DNA of 64,000 nt from Cyanobacteria bacterium J06626_4 (GTDB taxonomy: Bacteria; Cyanobacteriota; Cyanobacteriia; Phormidesmidales; Phormidesmidaceae): contig JBCBJQ010000006.1 of the NCBI GenBank assembly GCA_038523235.1, positions 1 through 64,000 of the forward strand, written 5' to 3'. Positions 60,305 to 64,000 of this stretch are shown piece after piece; the first letter of the stretch is position 1, and the number at the start of each line of letters is the position of its first letter. The notes under the pieces are model-generated. The model worked only from the letters and a program-made list of their open reading frames with translations. It was not told where the DNA came from and ran no database searches. A program made the position numbers and the translations under genes.

Positions 60305-63300
60305 TTAAGGCAAGCGAACGCGGAAGCGAATCGCCCCAAACTGATTGGCCGGGACGTCAAAGGCACCCGCCACCACGCCACCGCCGGCACCAACGCCCAG
60401 GCCACCAGTGGGACCGGGTGGCCCCAGCGGAAAGCTCCCCGGTGCCGAGAGACAAGAACTCTCTAACGGCGCGCCGGGCGATCGCCCCTGCACCTGCGAT
60501 CCGCCGCCGAAAAATAGCGGCGGCGATAGCGGCCGAACCGACGAGAGCTGGAGCCCTGCTGCGGTGTTGAGCACGCTAGGCGGCTGTAACTCGTCACACA
60601 CTTGGACCTGATTCACGGTGCTACCGCCGTTGTTCCAGAAGTAAATGGTGTATTCCACTTCGTCATCAGGCTGCAGGGCAAACCCGGCAGGCAAGGCCAC
60701 AATACCCGGCAGAGCGTTGCCGCCCCCCAGAGCCGAGTTCAGCGCATTATCATCGACAAACCCAGCTTGGTCGTTAAATTGAGTCAGTCCAGTCACCGCC
60801 ACTGGTGCTCCCTGCCGGAAAACATTGCTGATCCGTTTGACCACCACGAGGTTGGGGCCGGTATTAACAAACAACGTCGTCGGCGTGTTGTTGTTGTTGG
60901 GGTTGCCATCGTTGTCGGGGTCAACATTGTTGCCATCTTGAGAGACATCCGTCACCGGATCGCCCCCGCCGAGGGGTGTTCCACTGGCCGCCGCCAAGTT
61001 TTGCGCTTCTAAGATGCCGTCATTGAGTCCGTCAACTGACGGTCCCGCTCCCGTTGCGCCCAAGTCGGCCTGCACGGTCACGACCACCGTGGCCGATTCT
61101 CCCGGGGCAAATTGATTTGCACTGGTGGCATCAAACAGCGTTGTGACCGACACCCCGTTGTAGACAGGATTGGCAACTGGCGCGATGGCAGGTGTCCCCG
61201 CCGGGAAGCTGACCGCCACATTTTGGACAGTAAAACTATCCGCGCGGTTGAAAGCATTCGTAATCAAAACCGCCTGCAAATCTTCCGTTAACTGAACGTT
61301 ATCCAACGCAATGGTGCCAGTATTAACAACCGTGATGGTGTAGGTAAACTCATAGGTGGTGCCCCCAATCAGCGTGGCTGGACTGACAGACTTAGCCACG
61401 CCAATGCTCGGAATGCGAATGCGGTTAGACGTGTTGTTGTTAGTCGGGTCACCATCCCCGTCGGGGTCAACATCACTACCGGCTTGAGACACATCCGTCA
61501 CCGGGCCGACGCCAGGGGGCGTCCCTGTAGCGATGGCACTGTTGTCAATATCGACGCTGTTATCAGAGGACAGATCTAAGCGGGTCGTAATCGTGATGAT
61601 GGCGGTGTCACCAGGATTGAAGTTGCTGCCGGTGCTGAATAAACCAACATCCGTATTGCCGTCATAAGCACCGTTGAAGGTGGGCGCCGTGCCGGAACCG
61701 GTAAAAGTGATCGGGTTGGTCAGGGTGACGCTGACGATGGCATCGGCACCGTCGCTGGGGGCACCGTTGACGGTGGGATTATCGACAAAAACCTCTTGCA
61801 GATCTTCGGCAATTTGCACGTTGGCCAGGGGCGTATTGCCGGTGTTTCTCACGACAAAAGTGAGATCGACATCGAACAGGCCGGGCGACCCCGCAACGGG
61901 CCGCAGCGCTGAGTTGGTTTTAGCCAGGCCAATACTCGGGGCCGGAATCAGCGTCCGTTTGACCACGGACTGGGTCGTGGGAGTTAGCGTCGCGCCCGGC
62001 ACTCCTTCATTCACGGCCTGCTGTCGCACCCGAGCATCGACAAAGGAGGTGCCAGTAATCGTCGTGACATCGACCGGCGGGGCTCCAGCTTGGGGCGTAA
62101 CACACAAAAAGAAGGTGACCGATTGGCCCGGTAGCAAAACACCCGTATCGACGACCCCATCACCATCGCTATCGGTCAACGGATTGCCGTTGACGTCTCT
62201 CAACTGGGCCACCACGTTGGCGGCGGTGCCCGTGGCGACGAGGTTGACGATGTCGTTGGTAAAAAAGTTGTTGGTTACCGTGAACGGGTGACAGACCTCG
62301 CTGCCAATGGTGGTGGTCAACGTCGTGTCTTCGACAATGGTAAAGTTACCTGCTCGAACCGGTGGCCCATCGAGCACCGGCAGCCCTCTCAAATTACTAT
62401 TCGCCTCTAAAATTATCTGGTTGTTTCGGTCGTAGTTGTCAACCACAAAATCCCATCGGCCCGCATTGGCGAGAGGGTCGGCGCTGATGTCGATGACATC
62501 AGCGCCTGTGTTGAGATCACCACCGTTGTTCCAAACGGCATCACCACTGGTGGTACCGGCGATGGCCGCACCTGTGGGCGACGTATAAGAGACAGTAACG
62601 TTCGTATCAAACTGGTTATCTAAATCAAAGTTGCGGAGCTGCAGCTCAGTCGCATCAGGGCCAACAATGAAAAACAAACGAAGCCGCGTCTCTGCATCTG
62701 TGCCATTGAACTGAAAGCTACCCTGGAGTTGGCCAATCAACAGGTCATCAACGGGCACAACGATATCGAAAGAGTTGTCGTCGTTGTTGAGATCAAGCGT
62801 GTTGTCACCCAAGATCGGGATGCCCCCCGTTTCACTCGTCACCGTATAGGTGCCGGGTTGGGAAATACCAGTAAAGGTGAAATTACTCCCATTAGGTGAA
62901 CCCGTCGGAAAATCAGCCGTTTGGATAATATTGCCCGCCGGGTCAAGCAAGCGGAACCGAGTGGGGTCCTCAAGGCCATTCACCTCGTCAGGCACAGCAT
63001 TGCTCTCACCATCTTCAATGGTAATAGCCACATTGCCCCCAGCCGCATCGATATCAGCTTGACTGATATCGACAAAAATGCGGTGTACTGGATCGGTGCT
63101 CGCCGTTGTCGTGTTGGTGTACCAGTCGCCAATTGTAATGGCTCGCAAGGGAGCACTGGTTTGAAAGTCTAGACCAGGGACGGCAGGTAATCGGGTTTGG
63201 GCGATCGCGCTAGCCGTCGTCGCCAGGGTGGCTATGGTGGCGAGACTCAACGTGCTAGCCAGACGACTAAGGGCAAATAGGTTGACGGATGAGAAAGGAG

Positions 63301-63328
63301 GAGGGACAGAAAACACAGCTTTTTTCAT
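60305..63328 (-). CDS. Large secreted surface protein with DUF11-like Ig-fold repeats
   Basis: Signal peptide ending AIA-Q; repeats IG(L/V)AK...V.NTG...L.NVQ..EDL...N.A.A.GTP...VTDVSQ.G..VDPD.DG.P.NNNT; ATG 63328 preferred. Confidence 0.85.
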   Translation of the reverse strand: MKKAVFSVPPPFSSVNLFALSRLASTLSLATIATLATTASAIAQTRLPAVPGLDFQTSAPLRAITIGDWYTNTTTASTDPVHRIFVDISQADIDAAGGNVAITIEDGESNAVPDEVNGLEDPTRFRLLDPAGNIIQTADFPTGSPNGSNFTFTGISQPGTYTVTSETGGIPILGDNTLDLNNDDNSFDIVVPVDDLLIGQLQGSFQFNGTDAETRLRLFFIVGPDATELQLRNFDLDNQFDTNVTVSYTSPTGAAIAGTTSGDAVWNNGGDLNTGADVIDISADPLANAGRWDFVVDNYDRNNQIILEANSNLRGLPVLDGPPVRAGNFTIVEDTTLTTTIGSEVCHPFTVTNNFFTNDIVNLVATGTAANVVAQLRDVNGNPLTDSDGDGVVDTGVLLPGQSVTFFLCVTPQAGAPPVDVTTITGTSFVDARVRQQAVNEGVPGATLTPTTQSVVKRTLIPAPSIGLAKTNSALRPVAGSPGLFDVDLTFVVRNTGNTPLANVQIAEDLQEVFVDNPTVNGAPSDGADAIVSVTLTNPITFTGSGTAPTFNGAYDGNTDVGLFSTGSNFNPGDTAIITITTRLDLSSDNSVDIDNSAIATGTPPGVGPVTDVSQAGSDVDPDGDGDPTNNNTSNRIRIPSIGVAKSVSPATLIGGTTYEFTYTITVVNTGTIALDNVQLTEDLQAVLITNAFNRADSFTVQNVAVSFPAGTPAIAPVANPVYNGVSVTTLFDATSANQFAPGESATVVVTVQADLGATGAGPSVDGLNDGILEAQNLAAASGTPLGGGDPVTDVSQDGNNVDPDNDGNPNNNNTPTTLFVNTGPNLVVVKRISNVFRQGAPVAVTGLTQFNDQAGFVDDNALNSALGGGNALPGIVALPAGFALQPDDEVEYTIYFWNNGGSTVNQVQVCDELQPPSVLNTAAGLQLSSVRPLSPPLFFGGGSQVQGRSPGAPLESSCLSAPGSFPLGPPGPTGGLGVGAGGGVVAGAFDVPANQFGAIRFRVRLP

Positions 63329-63579
63329 GAGCAAGGAAAACTCAAAACGAAAACAGCGATCGCGCAAGGGCAATCCTTATTTAGCTAGTGAACTCATCGT
63401 GAGCACTGACAACACACCCGGCTTATTTCAGCAGATTTACGAAATAGCCTGACGGCTGATCAATCCTCGGTGATGGGACTTCCTGTACAACTCAAAAATA
63501 CTGAGAGGTTAGAGACTAAACCTCGATACACAGCTACGGATGGCAGTTGGCTGATTGCCATCCACAGCGATCCTTCCAC

Positions 63580-64000
63580 TTAAGGTAGGCGAACGCGGAA
63601 GCGAATCGCCCCAAACTGATTGGGCGGTACATCAAAGGCACCCGCCACCACGCCACCGCCAGCACCAACTCCTAAACCACCCGTGGGGCCGGGTGGCCCC
63701 AGCGGAAAGCTCCCCGGTGCCGAGATGCAGGAACTGTCTAACGGTGCACCCGGCGATTGCCCCTGCACCTGCGACCCGCCGCCGAAGAATAGCGGTGGCG
63801 AGAGCGGCCTAACCGATGAGAGCTGGAGCCCCGCTGCGGTATTGAGTACGCTAGGCGGCTGCAGCTCATCACAAAGTCGCACTTGGCTCACAGCACTGCC
63901 GCCGTTGTTCCAGAAGTAAATGGTGTATTCCACTTCGTCATCGGGCTCAAGGGTAAACCCAGCCGGTAAGACAAACACCCCTGATAGAGAGTTGCCGCCC
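63580..64000 (-). CDS. C-terminal part of a paralogous DUF11-type surface protein (partial, runs off the window)
   Basis: Frame is open to the window edge; last 129 aa differ from the 60305 gene at only 10 positions. Confidence 0.9.
   Translation of the reverse strand, partial: GGNSLSGVFVLPAGFTLEPDDEVEYTIYFWNNGGSAVSQVRLCDELQPPSVLNTAAGLQLSSVRPLSPPLFFGGGSQVQGQSPGAPLDSSCISAPGSFPLGPPGPTGGLGVGAGGGVVAGAFDVPPNQFGAIRFRVRLP

Noticed and set aside
61674..62291. 205-aa plus-strand ORF
   Set aside because: Antisense shadow of the surface protein gene

Overview
Chromosomal DNA from a GC-rich (roughly 55%) cyanobacterium, probably Leptolyngbya/Nodosilinea-like. This rests on dense HIP1 octamers (GCGATCGC) and cyanobacterial housekeeping genes: ho1, glgC, murD, glyS, ispD, dps, thrS, gltA, sixA, purU, DUF4327, DUF2605, DUF2973 and TIGR02450. 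No rRNA, tRNA, CRISPR array, intact transposase, reverse transcriptase or prophage was recognised. Most notable accessory features: (1) a ~10 kb locus at 0.4-10.4 kb with two YHYH-domain exported proteins, a probable truncated third copy, a CDF metal transporter, a NarL/HisKA_3 two-component pair and a MacAB-type ABC exporter; (2) tandem GH24 lysozyme paralogs sharing an unrecognised N-terminal domain, with no phage context; (3) a NACHT NTPase with a repeat-built NNC-codon segment; (4) tandem DUF11-type surface proteins sharing a ~92% identical C-terminal domain; (5) a PotABCD-like ABC importer with an NtcA-type promoter, a divergent promoter with CRP and NtcA boxes, and several MITE/REP-like elements. 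All family assignments come from motif recognition by eye, not from database searches.
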